A DNA stretch of 64,000 nucleotides from Octopus sinensis (Eukaryota): the NCBI RefSeq assembly GCF_006345805.1, contig NC_043004.1, positions 22,196,001-22,260,000 of the forward strand, written 5' to 3'. A program made the translations under genes and the position numbers. Shown piece by piece: positions 28,130-40,799 of this stretch; position 1 is the first letter of the stretch; each line of letters starts with the position of its first letter. Below the pieces are notes generated by a model that did not search any database, was not told the DNA's origin, and saw nothing but the letters and a program-made list of their open reading frames with translations.

Positions 28130-29235
28130 ACAATGGACAAAATTTGATATTGTGGTGTCATGAAGCACCTGAAGGAAACGGTTAGCTCCCAAGGATATTC
28201 ATGCTGACATCGTTGCTACTTTAGGGGATGACGCTCAACAGCACAAAAGTTGACTGCTGAATTTAGGAGGGGAAGGGAGAATCTTGAACAGGACTCAAAT
28301 TCTGAGACTGTTACCACGGTGGAAGACATTGATCGTATTCTTCTGATTGTGATGGATGACTGGCGATTGACTGGAGAGTTTTAAGCTGGAGCATTTCCAG
28401 CTTAGCGAGAATTTTCGTTGTGACTTCTGCGTCCTCTTTAGCAGTAAATCCCTGAAAAAAATTCAGGTACTTGAACGAGTCTGGAGTTAGTTTATCCAGT
28501 TTAAATCTCTCGCACTCTCTGTTCACTACTCATAAGTAGTAAAGTCTTCGTCATTGCCTTTATCAGTGTTCAAACTCTTGCAACGTGTTGAACAACGATG
28601 TTCTTTCACTAAACATCCTACATAAAATGTCAACTGTGTCCGTGAAATTTATGTTAGAAACATTTTTAGGCAATATAAAGTTAGAGTATTGTTTGTGCTC
28701 TGTCATCGCCAGTTTCCTCAGAATTAGACATGTTTTCATTTCGTCCGTCCCCGTCTTAGTATTCTTTTTCGAAAATTTGTTAAAATCGTCGGTAATATGC
28801 CTAGAACTCCACAGTCGTTTCATCTGCAGGGTTTGGGGGATGTAAAAGGCATTGTGTTTACTAACAATCTTCAATAGGGCAACACAATTAATGGTGAGTA
28901 CTGCACCAACTTGCCGAGACAGTTACGAAAGACTATCAACTCCAAACGCCAGAAAAACTGACGAGAGAGGTCTTATTTTATCAGGACAAGCTCCAGAAGA
29001 TAAGTATGGGTTTTAATTGCTGCTGTGCGTGACTGCGACTTTGAAGCGGTTCATCACTTTCCCTATTTTCCCGATTTAGTTCATCTGACTATCATCTGTT
29101 CCCCAATATGAAAAAAAACCCCACTTACCAGGGAACTAGTATCGAAGTAATGATGACGTTATATCTGTTGTTGACTACTTTTTGATCAACCATGAGAGTA
29201 TCGTTGTCAGCCAGTGAACTTTTCAGCTGACCGTA
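28130..29235 (+). mobile_element. Decayed mariner (irritans-like), interrupted by a Gypsy fragment
   Basis: 28150-28300 encodes KDIHADIVATLGDDA...AEFRRGRENLEQD (mariner HTH region). 28878-29170 encodes G.TINGEY..NL..QLRKTI..KR and SDYHLFPNMKK. Right TIR gccagtgaacttttcagctgaccg followed by TA at 29210-29235. Confidence 0.75.
28310..28875 (-). mobile_element. Ty3/Gypsy LTR retrotransposon gag-like fragment (K02A2.6-like type)
   Basis: ORFs 28563-28874 and 28311-28526 give LILRKLAMTEHKQYSNFILPKNVSNINFTDTVDILCRMFSERTSLFN and NRECERFKLDKLTPDSFKYLNFFQGFTAKEDAEVTTKILAKLE. This is characteristic of that invertebrate Gypsy gag family, as recalled. Confidence 0.75.
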
Positions 29236-29351
29236 GTTCTTCACTTCCAGGTACTGAAGAAACTCAAGTATTTCAGTTCCAGATATTTTACTTTTTCTGT
29301 CACTGTACCATTTCCAATATATGTAGCTCCTTACATTATCCTTTCAAATAT

Positions 29352-29560
29352 TCTTTTCTACTCTTGGTACAAGGCTCGAAATTTTGGGGAAAGGGCTAGT
29401 CGATTAGATCGATCCCAGTATGCAATTGGTACTTTATTGACCCCGAGAGGATGAAAGGCAAAGTCGACCTCGGCGGAATTCGAATTCAGAACGTAAAGAC
29501 AGACGAAATACCGCTAAGCATTTCGCCCGGTTTGCTAACGTTTCTGCCAGCTTACCGCGT
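29352..29560 (-). mobile_element. Full-length tRNA-derived SINE with 16-bp target-site duplication
   Basis: TSD ttatcctttcaaatat at 29336-29351 and 29561-29576. The minus-strand head gcggtaagctggcagaaacgttagc...gaattcgaattccgcc has A/B-box-like motifs. Confidence 0.9.
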
Positions 29561-30605
29561 TTATCCTTTCAAATATGGTAGTGCTCCATATATTGCAGAT
29601 ATTACAACATCAAATGATTTTTCCCCAGATATTATAGCTCAAAATACTGTACCAGCACAACTGCTGTATTTGATGTTACTTATCATGCCTGCAGTTATAC
29701 AACTCCAGATATTATACAGTTGCAGATACCCTCTATCTTCTACTCTAAATAATGCGTTGCAATACCATAATGCTTTGAATATTCTAGCACGTGTTATTGT
29801 ACATTCAGATGGCATTCTTCAGTTGGAAATAATCTAGATCTCCAGGTGTACTGCATACTCATGATATTGTACAGATTCCACATGCTTTTCGACTGAAGAT
29901 ATTGCGCAGCTTTTGATATTATACCCACCCCACATAGCTCTGGATGGTTTATTTTCATATACTGAACAGTTACACATGTCCTACTTTTAAAAGTAATGAT
30001 CAGCACCATATGTATTACTATCTATAGTTTATTTTCTAAAGTATCTGAGGTAATTTTGTTATTTCTGGCGCCTAATCAGATGCTATAACATTAGATTACT
30101 TGAAAACCGACAACAATACTTGATGCTGACGTACGTGTGTTGAATGTAAAACGATATAGTTTTCCTGATTAAATAAGAAAATTCTTAAAAAGTAATTGTT
30201 ATCTGAACCATGCAAGTTAAACGTAAAAGATATCAGGATACACGGAAGATCTGTAAATATTGTTGTGATAAAATCTAGATATTAGAAATTGTATTGAATA
30301 TAAAATACATTTATAGTTAAATATCTTACTCTAGTAACTTCTGATATTATTCATAAATGATGTATTTTATAAAAAGAAGATTCATATTGAAAATAGTCTC
30401 TGAATCTAGAGATAGTCGTTATTTTCTTCTTCTCTAATCTTGTGTTGCAATACATTTATTTTCCTTCCAATTTCTCTGTCCATCCATTGTTTCTAATAAT
30501 CAATTGTTTCAGAACATTATAAAAAAATATGCATGAATTAATGCTTAAAACATGACAGTATTATTATAAATAGGTTAATTCAAGAAGTAAGGAAATCATA
30601 TGATA

Positions 30606-31857
30606 TTAGGTTGTTTTACATGAAATGTATTTGAAAGGTAAGAATAAAATGTTTCAGAAGTGTTACAGAACTGATTTATTAAATCAAAGTATCATCCATG
30701 TTCATTCATGACGTTTACCTAACGTTTCTCTATGTCATATATTCAGTCTTTTTTTTAAAAATCATCTTTTGCTTTGATCAACTGTCCGAATGCTTCAATT
30801 ACCTCTTCTCTATTTAAGAATATTTTATTGCCTATGTAAAGCTCAAAATGCTTAAATAAGTGATGATCAGTAGGAAAGTTATCATGGGAATAGGAAAGAA
30901 GTTGCAAAATCTCATAATTTAGGGTTTGCAACTTTTGGACCGTAGCTTGAGGAGTGTGAGGATGTGCTTTATCGTGAAGGAAAATTGGGCCAAATCTATT
31001 CACTAGTCTAGGTTGCTTCTTTTCCAAATCCTCATGCATACAATCAATTTCCTGGCAATACGATGTTGCTGTTACAGTTTTTCCTTGTTGCAAATATGAA
31101 TAATGAATAACTCTATTCACAGACCACCATATAGTGGCCACTAACTTTTTAGAGTGCAATGATGGTTTTGGGTAGTGTTTAGATGACTCTCCTGCATCTA
31201 ATCACTGTCCTGTTCTCTTGCTGTTGTCAAAGAATATCCATTTCTCATTACAAGTATTAATTCGGTGCAAAAATGTTTTTTTTTTCCAGTCGAGAAAACA
31301 ATAAGGAGCACACTTCGAGGCGTCTGGTTATTTTTCAATCTCGCTCAGTTGATGCGGAACAAACCTATTTGATTTCTTGACTTTTCCAATGTTTTACAGG
31401 TGTCCAAAAACAGTTGTGCGAGATGTTTGGAGTTTTGATGAAAGTTTTCCAACCTTTGTTCTCGGATTTTGTTCAACCAAAGCATTTAATCAATCATGCC
31501 GAATAATTGATTTTGGCCTACTCCTTGGTTTATTCTCAAGGCTATAATTTCCTGAACGGGAGCTTTGGAACCATTTCTGAACAGATCTGATGTCAAAAAA
31601 ACCATTACCAAAGGCCCGCTTGATTTTCCGTAGAGCTTCTACATCAGAGTGGTCCAGTTTGTGCTCATAGGAGAAAATCACACAACATAGTTTGGTTGTT
31701 ATCATTTTTATAAGATCTGTGGATGCGAATTTTGTATACCAATATTGTTGGGAAAGAAAAAGAGTCAAAATTAGATGCAAGGTATACATAATTGAGTTTT
31801 TAAATTACTAAAATAACAAGTAATTAAAGATGCGATATTTCATGTGAAATAACCTAT
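30606..31857 (-). mobile_element. Full-length (~1.25 kb) mariner transposon with decayed DD34D transposase
   Basis: Imperfect TIRs: ttaggttgttttacatgaaatgt at 30606, preceded by TA, and atatttcatgtgaaataacctat ending at 31857 (19/23 match). Transposase remnants SVQKWFQSSRSGNYSLENKPRSRP, LVATIWWSVNRVIHYSYLQQGKTVTATSYCQEI, IFLHDKAHPH and PTDHHLFKHF. Confidence 0.9.
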
Positions 31858-32608
31858 TTAGATTTTATATTACTATAAATTGGTAATATTGATTTGCTGA
31901 GATCAAATATCGATTACAACGATACACTCTTATCCAATAACAATCATAGTTGCAGGAACTTCATGGCTTATTAATATACTTTGGTTCAAAAAAGACTAGT
32001 ACATTTCTGCAATAGACACTTTTCTATAGTAAAAACCGAAACGTTCATTACTTCCAAGAAACTTTCATCCAATGATTTAGTGATGATTGCCAATAGTTAG
32101 ATATAACATTCAACTAGAAATATTATGTTAACTTAGCTATCCTGAATACTAGATTCAACGTATTAGGCATTGAGAATGATAAAGAAAAGGAACGAGGTGA
32201 GAGTGGGGAATTAATTAGTTAAGAACTGTTTTGCTGTCTCCATTCATCTGTGACTAATATATTACCAACATAGAAACTTCGATTTCTCCCCAACTAAAGT
32301 GTAATCAAAAAACGAAAAAAAAAAAGAATTAATTTCTATTTGCCTTCAGCGATTCGCAATGTTAGTCTTTGTCCTAGTTTCTCTCATATATTTCTTACTG
32401 AAATGATATTTCCGTTTTGTGAGAATGTTGCAGAATACGTTTGCTAAATTTCAAAAGAATATAAGCAGTAGGTTGCAGAAAAATATAATTGACCTTTAGT
32501 TATTCTCATCATACCATGTATTACGTTTCTATTTGATGTTCTAATCAATATCGAGTTGAAGAATATGAAAAATCAGTAAACTTTCATTTATTCACTTACA
32601 AATTACAG

Positions 32609-32711
32609 ACTCTGAACAAATGAAATGTTGGACTGGTTTTGTTATCGTCGTTGCTGTTGTTACTGTTGCTTTGTTGGCCGAGATGAACGATGATGAAGTC
32701 GGTTGCAGCAC
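32609..32711 (+). CDS. Candidate coding exon of an unidentified host gene: (x)SEQ-MKCWTGFVIVVAVVTVALLAEMNDDEVGCS(T), signal-peptide or TM-like
   Basis: Acceptor ttattcacttacaaattacag|32609. ATG at 32620. A 14-residue hydrophobic core follows. Donor CAC|gtaagg at 32712 (phase 2). The frame is also open from the acceptor (phase 1). No homology recognised. Confidence 0.45.
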
Positions 32712-33758
32712 GTAAGGTGTCAACCGTATGGCTTGGTATGACTGACATATCTTTCATTCCATTTATAAGATACCTTTGTCCAGTTGAGAACCATACTGCC
32801 CACTTTGACATTTAATGATGAATCGTATGCAGTATAACGTGCTGGTCTGTGTATGCTGTAGCCTTTTCACTGCCTACTCTATTGATATAGTACTCTTACG
32901 TGGAGTGGAAGCATTACCAGTGACGGGAAAGTTAAATTAGATCAAAGACAACCATTGGCAACTTTCCTGTACTGAATGCTTCCTTTAAATAAATTTGCAA
33001 GAAAATTCAATGTCTAGAATACTGAATGGAGGATCAGTTCTAAAATATACAAACATTCTTTTTCATATAATTGATATGGTTGTTATCTAAATATTTAAAC
33101 TCTCAAATCAAATGAAACTGTGACACTATGTTGGTTTTGTTGGTTTTTTTTATAAAAAAAATAAGATTGTGAGCGTTACCATACAAACAGTGTTAAGTCG
33201 TGTTTCTTTAGTAAATATTTATCTGAACAAGCAGGTGAAAAACAAAATACTTGATAATAACTAGTTCATCTTAAATATCAGTTACCTTTAGTGATCTCAT
33301 CTTAAAGAGAACTGCAAGAACTGTTATAGATCAGCTTTTGTATTAAGAATATAACCAAAGAGCCTGAAGATTTCATTGAACATTACTTGTCATGTAGAAC
33401 AAACAGTAATCATCTTATACGAAAACTTCAAAATAGCAACAAAATATTCCTTAAGTTTTCCTATATTAACTGAGGAAATTAAATAACATTATATCATTTC
33501 ATGCTCCCTTACTAATTACGGAATGATATCGGATAGAGTGATGTGAAAATTGGTTATAGGTTTTGTTGGTCGGAGTTGACGAACTTGTTGTCTACATTTA
33601 CTTCCATCATGGTATTTATTTTAACATTTCATTTTCAAGAAACAAGTCAAATAAATGTTGCTTCTTCGTTTACAATAAATCATATATTTAGCGATGTAAT
33701 CTGTCACGTGATCTAGCCATGAACAGGAGAGAGAAAAAGAGCTTCAAATTTAATACTG

Positions 33759-33833
33759 GATGAGTCAACTATCAATGATATCAATGATGAGTCAACTATC
33801 AATGTAAATGATGAGTCAACTATCAATGTAAAT
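33759..33833. repeat. 3-copy 24-27-bp tandem repeat gatgagtcaactatcaatg(taaat)
   Basis: Units at 33759-33785, 33786-33809 and 33810-33833. Each contains TGAGTCA. Confidence 0.92.
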
Positions 33834-34075
33834 CAAATTGAGTCTCGGAAACTTGTTCAAGGACATGTTAGACGTGCTATACAATTGATTTCAACCTGGA
33901 GTCAACTTCTTTAAAATAAACACGTGACTATGAAACATATACTAAATACTTTCCTGAATTAAGAAAATGCAATTACTGCTGCTGTTGCTGCTGCTACTTC
34001 TACTATAACTAATAATAATAATAACAATAATAATAATGATGATGATGATGACGATATGAACAACAACAACAACAA

Positions 34076-34780
34076 GAAATATGCAATATTAATCATGAGA
34101 AGAGGACAGGTCGTCAACATCGAAGGCATCTAATTACTATATGGTCAGACGTTAAAATCATTGAAAGGAGGAGAGAGTTATAAGTATCTAGGAGTATTAG
34201 AATCTGACATAGTACTGACTACAAAAATGAAAATTGAGAAAGGTCAGGAAGCTAATGAAGTCAAAGCAAAACGGTTCGAATCTAGTGAAAGCTGTAAATA
34301 CTTAGATACTCAACAGCCTTTGTAGATTGGATAAAAACTGAATTAGCAAAGCTAGACAGAACAATTAGGAAGAAATTCAATATGAATGGAAGGCTCCACC
34401 CAACGGCAAGAGTAGCAAGTTTATACCGACCTAGAATGGAAGGTGGAAGAGGGTTAATATCAGTAGAAGACTGCGTGGAGTTAGCTACAGTAGGTATAGA
34501 CTCCTATCTAGGTAATGTGAAGAAAGGTTATTGAAAGCTGCTAGAGACACGGCAAGACATAGGGAAACCAAAACACTAAACTAAATTAATAACCAGAAAA
34601 AGCGCATAAATTACATAACTGACAGGAGAAGGCGTTGCATGGTAGATTCCTAAACATAGTTTCGGCAAATAGCAGTAATGTGACATGGTTATGACTGCAG
34701 AAGGGAAAGCCGAAGAGGGAGACAGAAATTTGTTAGTCGCTGCACAATATCAAGCATTGAGGGTTAAATGGGAAAAAATC
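34076..34780 (+). mobile_element. R4/Dong-clade (RLE-type) non-LTR retrotransposon fragment, RT C-terminal region
   Basis: KYAILIMRRGQVV...GGESYKYLGVLESD, ELAKLDRTIRKKFNMNGRLHPTARVASLYRPRMEGGRGLISVEDCVE, LHGRF, and an ETE..LVAAQ.QAL-like stretch. These are typical R4-clade motifs. Confidence 0.8.
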
Positions 34781-34890
34781 CAAAAGATTTATATATACAT
34801 ATAAATAAGGTGTTTATAATTTTCACCTTAAAATGTATTTTTTTAATATGCTGGCCACTGGTAATTGTTTTGAAAGCGTTATCCTATATT

Positions 34891-34893
<3 letters not shown>

Positions 34894-34930
<37 letters not shown>

Positions 34931-35025
34931 GATATATACATATATACATATAGATATATACATATATACATATATATATATGCATATATACATATAGATA
35001 TATACATATATACATATATATATGC

Positions 35026-35066
<41 letters not shown>

Positions 35067-35161
35067 GATATATACATATATACATATAGATATATACATA
35101 TATACATATATATATATGCATATATACATATAGATATATACATATATACATATATATATGC

Positions 35162-35193
<32 letters not shown>

Positions 35194-35227
35194 CTACATA
35201 TATATATATGTGTGTGTGTGTGTGTGT
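34894..35227. repeat. Compound (TA)n/(TACATA)n microsatellite with higher-order unit catatagatatatacatata
   Basis: Read directly from the sequence. Confidence 0.95.
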
Positions 35228-36098
35228 TCACATATTTACGTATGCCTTTGTGTATTTGTACGAATATGAATTAAATATGTTCTGATGAAATTGTTAAGGG
35301 ATTTTAATGACATTTGTTATTCTTATAAGATTGAGTCATCATTAATAATCACATACCTTTCTGTATTTAATATCTGACAGCTGAAGCTCCATTTGCACGT
35401 AATTTCAATCTTGTTTCAAAACTTTCGTGAGTTATTCACAATGTTCTTCTACTTGTAATGCTTTAGAATATTTGAGGAGTTGTATAAATTTCTTCCTAAA
35501 TATTGGGTTTGTGCTTTATAATATTTTAATCAGTTATCCAAGTCCTGAAGCAATAAAAAAAGAGGCAAAATTTTGATAAAACCACTAGGGAACCCAATTT
35601 TGATTCCTTCTAGAAAAATAGTTCCCTTCATCCTAGCTGCTTATAATTCTGAGATATATATAATCATTTCTACACTTTATTTCTAGTTTGCACTGTCTTT
35701 GAATGATTTTTAATGAAATCAAAATTTATAATATTTAATTGATTTTATGTGTGCTATGTGCGAGATCAAAGGTCAGATATATTAGAAGGTTAAAAGTCAA
35801 TTAATTTGTTATGGATAGAAAACTATTTACAAATAGATTGTAGATTTAAATAGCACATTAGCAGCTATGAGTTATGAGTTGCACAGACAAACCAATGTAA
35901 TCGCATACTTATTAGTGTAATCGTGTATATATTGCCGGAACTTATTTCAGTTCTGTGTCATGTGATGTTGCTATAAACGGTATTCATTTTGTCATTTACT
36001 TTAAAAAGTTCCTACATTGTAATTAACAATATTTGTTTAAAACTTTCGTGGCCTTGATATTTTTTTAATAGTTTGTGGCTAAAATAAAGAACTCATAA

Positions 36099-36315
36099 GG
36101 CAGCAAACTGGGATAATCGTTAGTACACCGAATAAAACTGCTTAGTGGCATTTCGTCCCTCTGTGTGTTTTGAACTCAAATACTACCGAGGTTGAATTTG
36201 CCTTTCATCCTTATGAAGTCGATAAAATAAATCCCAGTCTAGCACTGGGCGTCGATGTACGCGACTTCCCCATCCGTCAAAATTCCTGGCCTTGTGCCAG
36301 ATATGAAAAGAATAA
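36099..36315 (+). mobile_element. tRNA-derived SINE (family of 29352-29560), diverged
   Basis: gcttagtggcatttcgtc...gaactcaaatactaccgaggttgaatttgcctttcatcc matches the reverse complement of the 29352-29560 copy. Confidence 0.75.
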
Positions 36316-36384
36316 AATGCTGCTCATGTTTGATATATATATATATATTAACCACAGCCCTTAATCGATAATATGATCCAACGG

Positions 36385-37058
36385 ATACTTAAATTAAATA
36401 CACAAGATCTTAGACAATCAAGACCAAAGAAGGAAGAAAACATTGAAAACCCTGCCTTACATTCTTACGTTTCCACACAGAACTCACATAACAATGAGGC
36501 CTTCAACACTATACTCCACACCACAAGACAGACCCAAAGATGAGACAAATCCTCAAAACACACACAATAATCGAAAATGAGACAACCAAAATGAATGAAA
36601 AAGATTTTAACGCAGGCCCACTTACACTCAACAATAACAACTAAGCCAACAGTAAAAAGAAATACGGGAGACCCAACTGTGAGATCTGTATCAACATAAC
36701 AGAAGGATCAGAACGCCGAATAGAACAAGGCCATAATTTCACCATAAAAACTAATTTTACATGTGCATCGGAGAACTTGATTTGCTTAATTACATGCTCG
36801 GGATGTAAACGGCAATATATTGGACACTCAAAAAGCAGCCTACGTCCGAGGATGGCGGGCCACAAGTCTCAAATTAGGATTCCCGAATACAGGAAAATAC
36901 CTCTCAGCCAAAACATCGATGAATGTGCATCCCAAAATTTTGCCAAATTCACATTTCCACTATACACATTTACAGGCAATGCTAGCCAAAATAAAGGCAT
37001 TAGCAAGGCAACATATTTCATAAGAAAATATCGACAGAGTCTAAATTCCCTAAACTAG
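36385..37058 (+). mobile_element. Penelope-like element 3' fragment (linker + GIY-YIG), same family as 60661-62280
   Basis: ICLITCSGCKRQYIGHSKSSLRPRMAGHKSQIRIPEYRKIPLSQNIDECAS...FIRKYRQSLN aligns with YVLTCAGCNRQYIGHTKNSLRKRMAVHKSHIKNPEYRKIPVSGHIDRCAS...FIRKFGPSLN. Confidence 0.87.
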
Positions 37059-37217
37059 CAACACTGAGATTTTATATATATATATATGTATGTGAATACA
37101 TATGTATGTATGTATGCATGTGTGTGTATATATATATATATATTTATTCATATGTGTGTGTATATATATGTATATGTATGTTATGGATATGTATGTAAGT
37201 GTATGTATATATATATA

Positions 37218-37249
<32 letters not shown>

Positions 37250-37689
37250 GAGAGTGTGTGTATGTATCTGTATGTATGTATATATATGTATATGTGTATA
37301 TGGTTGAGTGTATATATGTGTGTGTATGTATATATATATATATATATATGGATATATGGATATGCAAGTTATTCGTAAATAAAGACAAGGGGTCGAAGAA
37401 CTCGATTTCTATTAAAACCCTCGGAGGAACAACTTCACCACCACGACTATTATTATTACTGCTGGTAGTTATTCGACTGCTACAGCCACTCCTAAGAAAA
37501 CAAGTCTTGACCACACTATTTAATTTACAAAAACAGATAGTAATGATTTGCGTTCACAATCAGTTCAACTTGTCATGCCACCAGAACTAACGGATATTAC
37601 CACGTGGTCTTGCAGGAAAAAGGAAAGTAATTTATGACTGCTAATTTTAATTTTAGTTTTATTAATAGCTCTTTTCTCTGTACCAGCTC

Positions 37690-37790
37690 ACCAATATGAC
37701 ACTCGGGATCCAGTAGCACAAGATTTCCTTGATTGAATTGAGAACGATGAAAACTTCTTGAAAATTTTGCGTAGACTTCTGAGCAGGTTT
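37690..37790 (+). mobile_element. Possible ancient mariner transposase relic
   Basis: HQYDTRDPVAQDFLD*IENDENFLK resembles the mariner segment just before the TGDE(T/S)W motif. The rest is not recognisable. Confidence 0.33.
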
Positions 37791-39917
37791 CACGAAGCTT
37801 TTGGCAAAATTTGATGTAGATTCTCTACTCAGCTTACTCTATCGTGATCACTGTGACAATCACATGCTACACATCTTCATTCCAAGCACTGTTGTAAATC
37901 GCAGAATTGAGCGAAAACATTAAAACTTGGTGCGCATGCACAGTAGAATTCAAGGTAAAATTATGCCAAGCGGCTTTACTCTGCCTGCTTTTGCTTCATT
38001 ACTATAGGAACAGTCCGGATGCTTATTGATCAAACTATGTGCTGAAGAGGAGAGAATTATTTCTGAGTTCATTTTGTTTTTGTTTTCTGTCGAGAAAATC
38101 TCATCAGGGGGTGAAAGATGGAGGGAGGAAAGAGCATACCTGTTTTCTCATAAGCTTTATTTGTTATTAATCGATTAGTCGTCTATGGTTCCATTTCGCT
38201 TTCGTTAAGGATCACCAAGCTTTTAACTCAAGATTTTTAAAGCTAATCCATCTAAAGTTATTTAAGAGTTGAAATTAAAAGTAAAGATGATCGATTTTTT
38301 GTATTATGGTGGAGAAAGGGGGAATGAGGGAGGCAGAAAGCGAAAACAATCTCTTACATGGTCCTTAAAAATAACTTGCATGTTATTACTATTTGCTTTC
38401 TTTCCCCTATTTTTTCTGTTTATTTGCCTTGTGTTTATTTGCCTTCTATTTAGTCACATTTACTTGTTTTCGCTACAGGTCTTAGTGTGTGCTCTACGGG
38501 TGCAAATTATGAATTTCTGGCTGTGTTATCTTTTCCTTTATCTTTTGGGACATTTTTACACCTGTATCCTATCAGTTTCACCTCGAAATGATGCTTCACT
38601 ATCATTTTCAAAGGAATAGCGGTTGGAAATTATCCAGAGTCTCGTATACGTGTTCTGTTCACTAGAGGCTGCCTTATAATGGCAATGAGAGGGAGCAAGG
38701 CGAAGGAGAGTGTAGAGAGAGAGAGAGAAAGTGGAAAATGGAAAGATTCTTATCGAAGTGTGAAAAATGGAGAGAGGAAAGAGAACCCATGTTTTTACAT
38801 ATGATTTACATTTAATATTACGAGAATATTAATAGAGTATCAATAGAGTAGTGTGTACACACGCGCGCACACACAATATCTACATATATGTATATATATA
38901 TATATGTCATACACACACATGTATATACATATATATGTACGTATATATATATATATGTATATATATGGAGAGAAATATATATGTATTGGAGGTGTATATG
39001 CCTATCTACATTTGAGTCTGTTGCTATGCATTTATGTGTAAATTTGTATCATGTGTTACAGAAGTATTCAAGAATTTATCATTGCCCCACTCCACGTGTT
39101 GCGAGTTAAGTCAGGCAGGGAGTTTGTCTCTATTTTGCTATTGTATCAGAAAACTTCTGAATCCATTCTAAATACGATATCATTTTAACACAGCTAATCA
39201 TTTACATGAGAGAGGGAAAAAATATGTCCAGTGCATCCGGCACACAAACAAGAAGCAAATAGCATTATCTGCTGGCATATTCCGCTAGCAAATGCATCGT
39301 GTGATACATTCACTGTAAATAATACGATATAAAGTATTATTCTTAAGATACTTTGCTATATTACTTATGTCGGAAATAGCAGTAAAGTAAAGGAATGAGT
39401 TTTAATCAATACCACCAAATTGTCGATCTATAATGTGATTGACGTCAACAGAAAAATTATTATTAAGGTGTAACTTCTGAGATTTAGTAATTGGTTTACG
39501 AAAAAATCAATACCCGTTCATGAAATTATATATATATGTATTCAGTAGTATCAGAGCCAAGCAGTATTTAGGCATAAGCGAACTTTAGGTTAGTTAAAAT
39601 ATGCTTGTGGCATATTTCAACTTCTAGCAGAAAGGTCACTGCAGTTACCGTGAGAAAAAAATTTATCTTCTGGTAAAAACAATGGTGTAAGAAACATCAT
39701 ATCTACCCAGTGTTGCCCAGTGTTGCCCAGGTGGAACACGCACAAAAACGCTGCGCCTGTGAATACGACATGAGACAGCAATTGTTAGATATTGTGTTTG
39801 TACTACTTTCTACATAAGTGAGAACTTTTCCCCACGCTAAGGGAAGTGAATTTACCTTTAAACATATTTTAACTAACCTAAAGTCTGCATAAGTATTTGC
39901 GTGTGTGTGTGTGTATA

Positions 39918-40668
<751 letters not shown>

Positions 40669-40694
40669 AATATAAATTATCTGTACATCACTTC

Positions 40695-40789
<95 letters not shown>

Positions 40790-40799
40790 ATCACCCCAA

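Noticed and set aside
33759-33833. Short direct repeats considered as a CRISPR-like array
   Set aside because: The units are adjacent with no unique spacers, the context is eukaryotic, and there are no cas genes.
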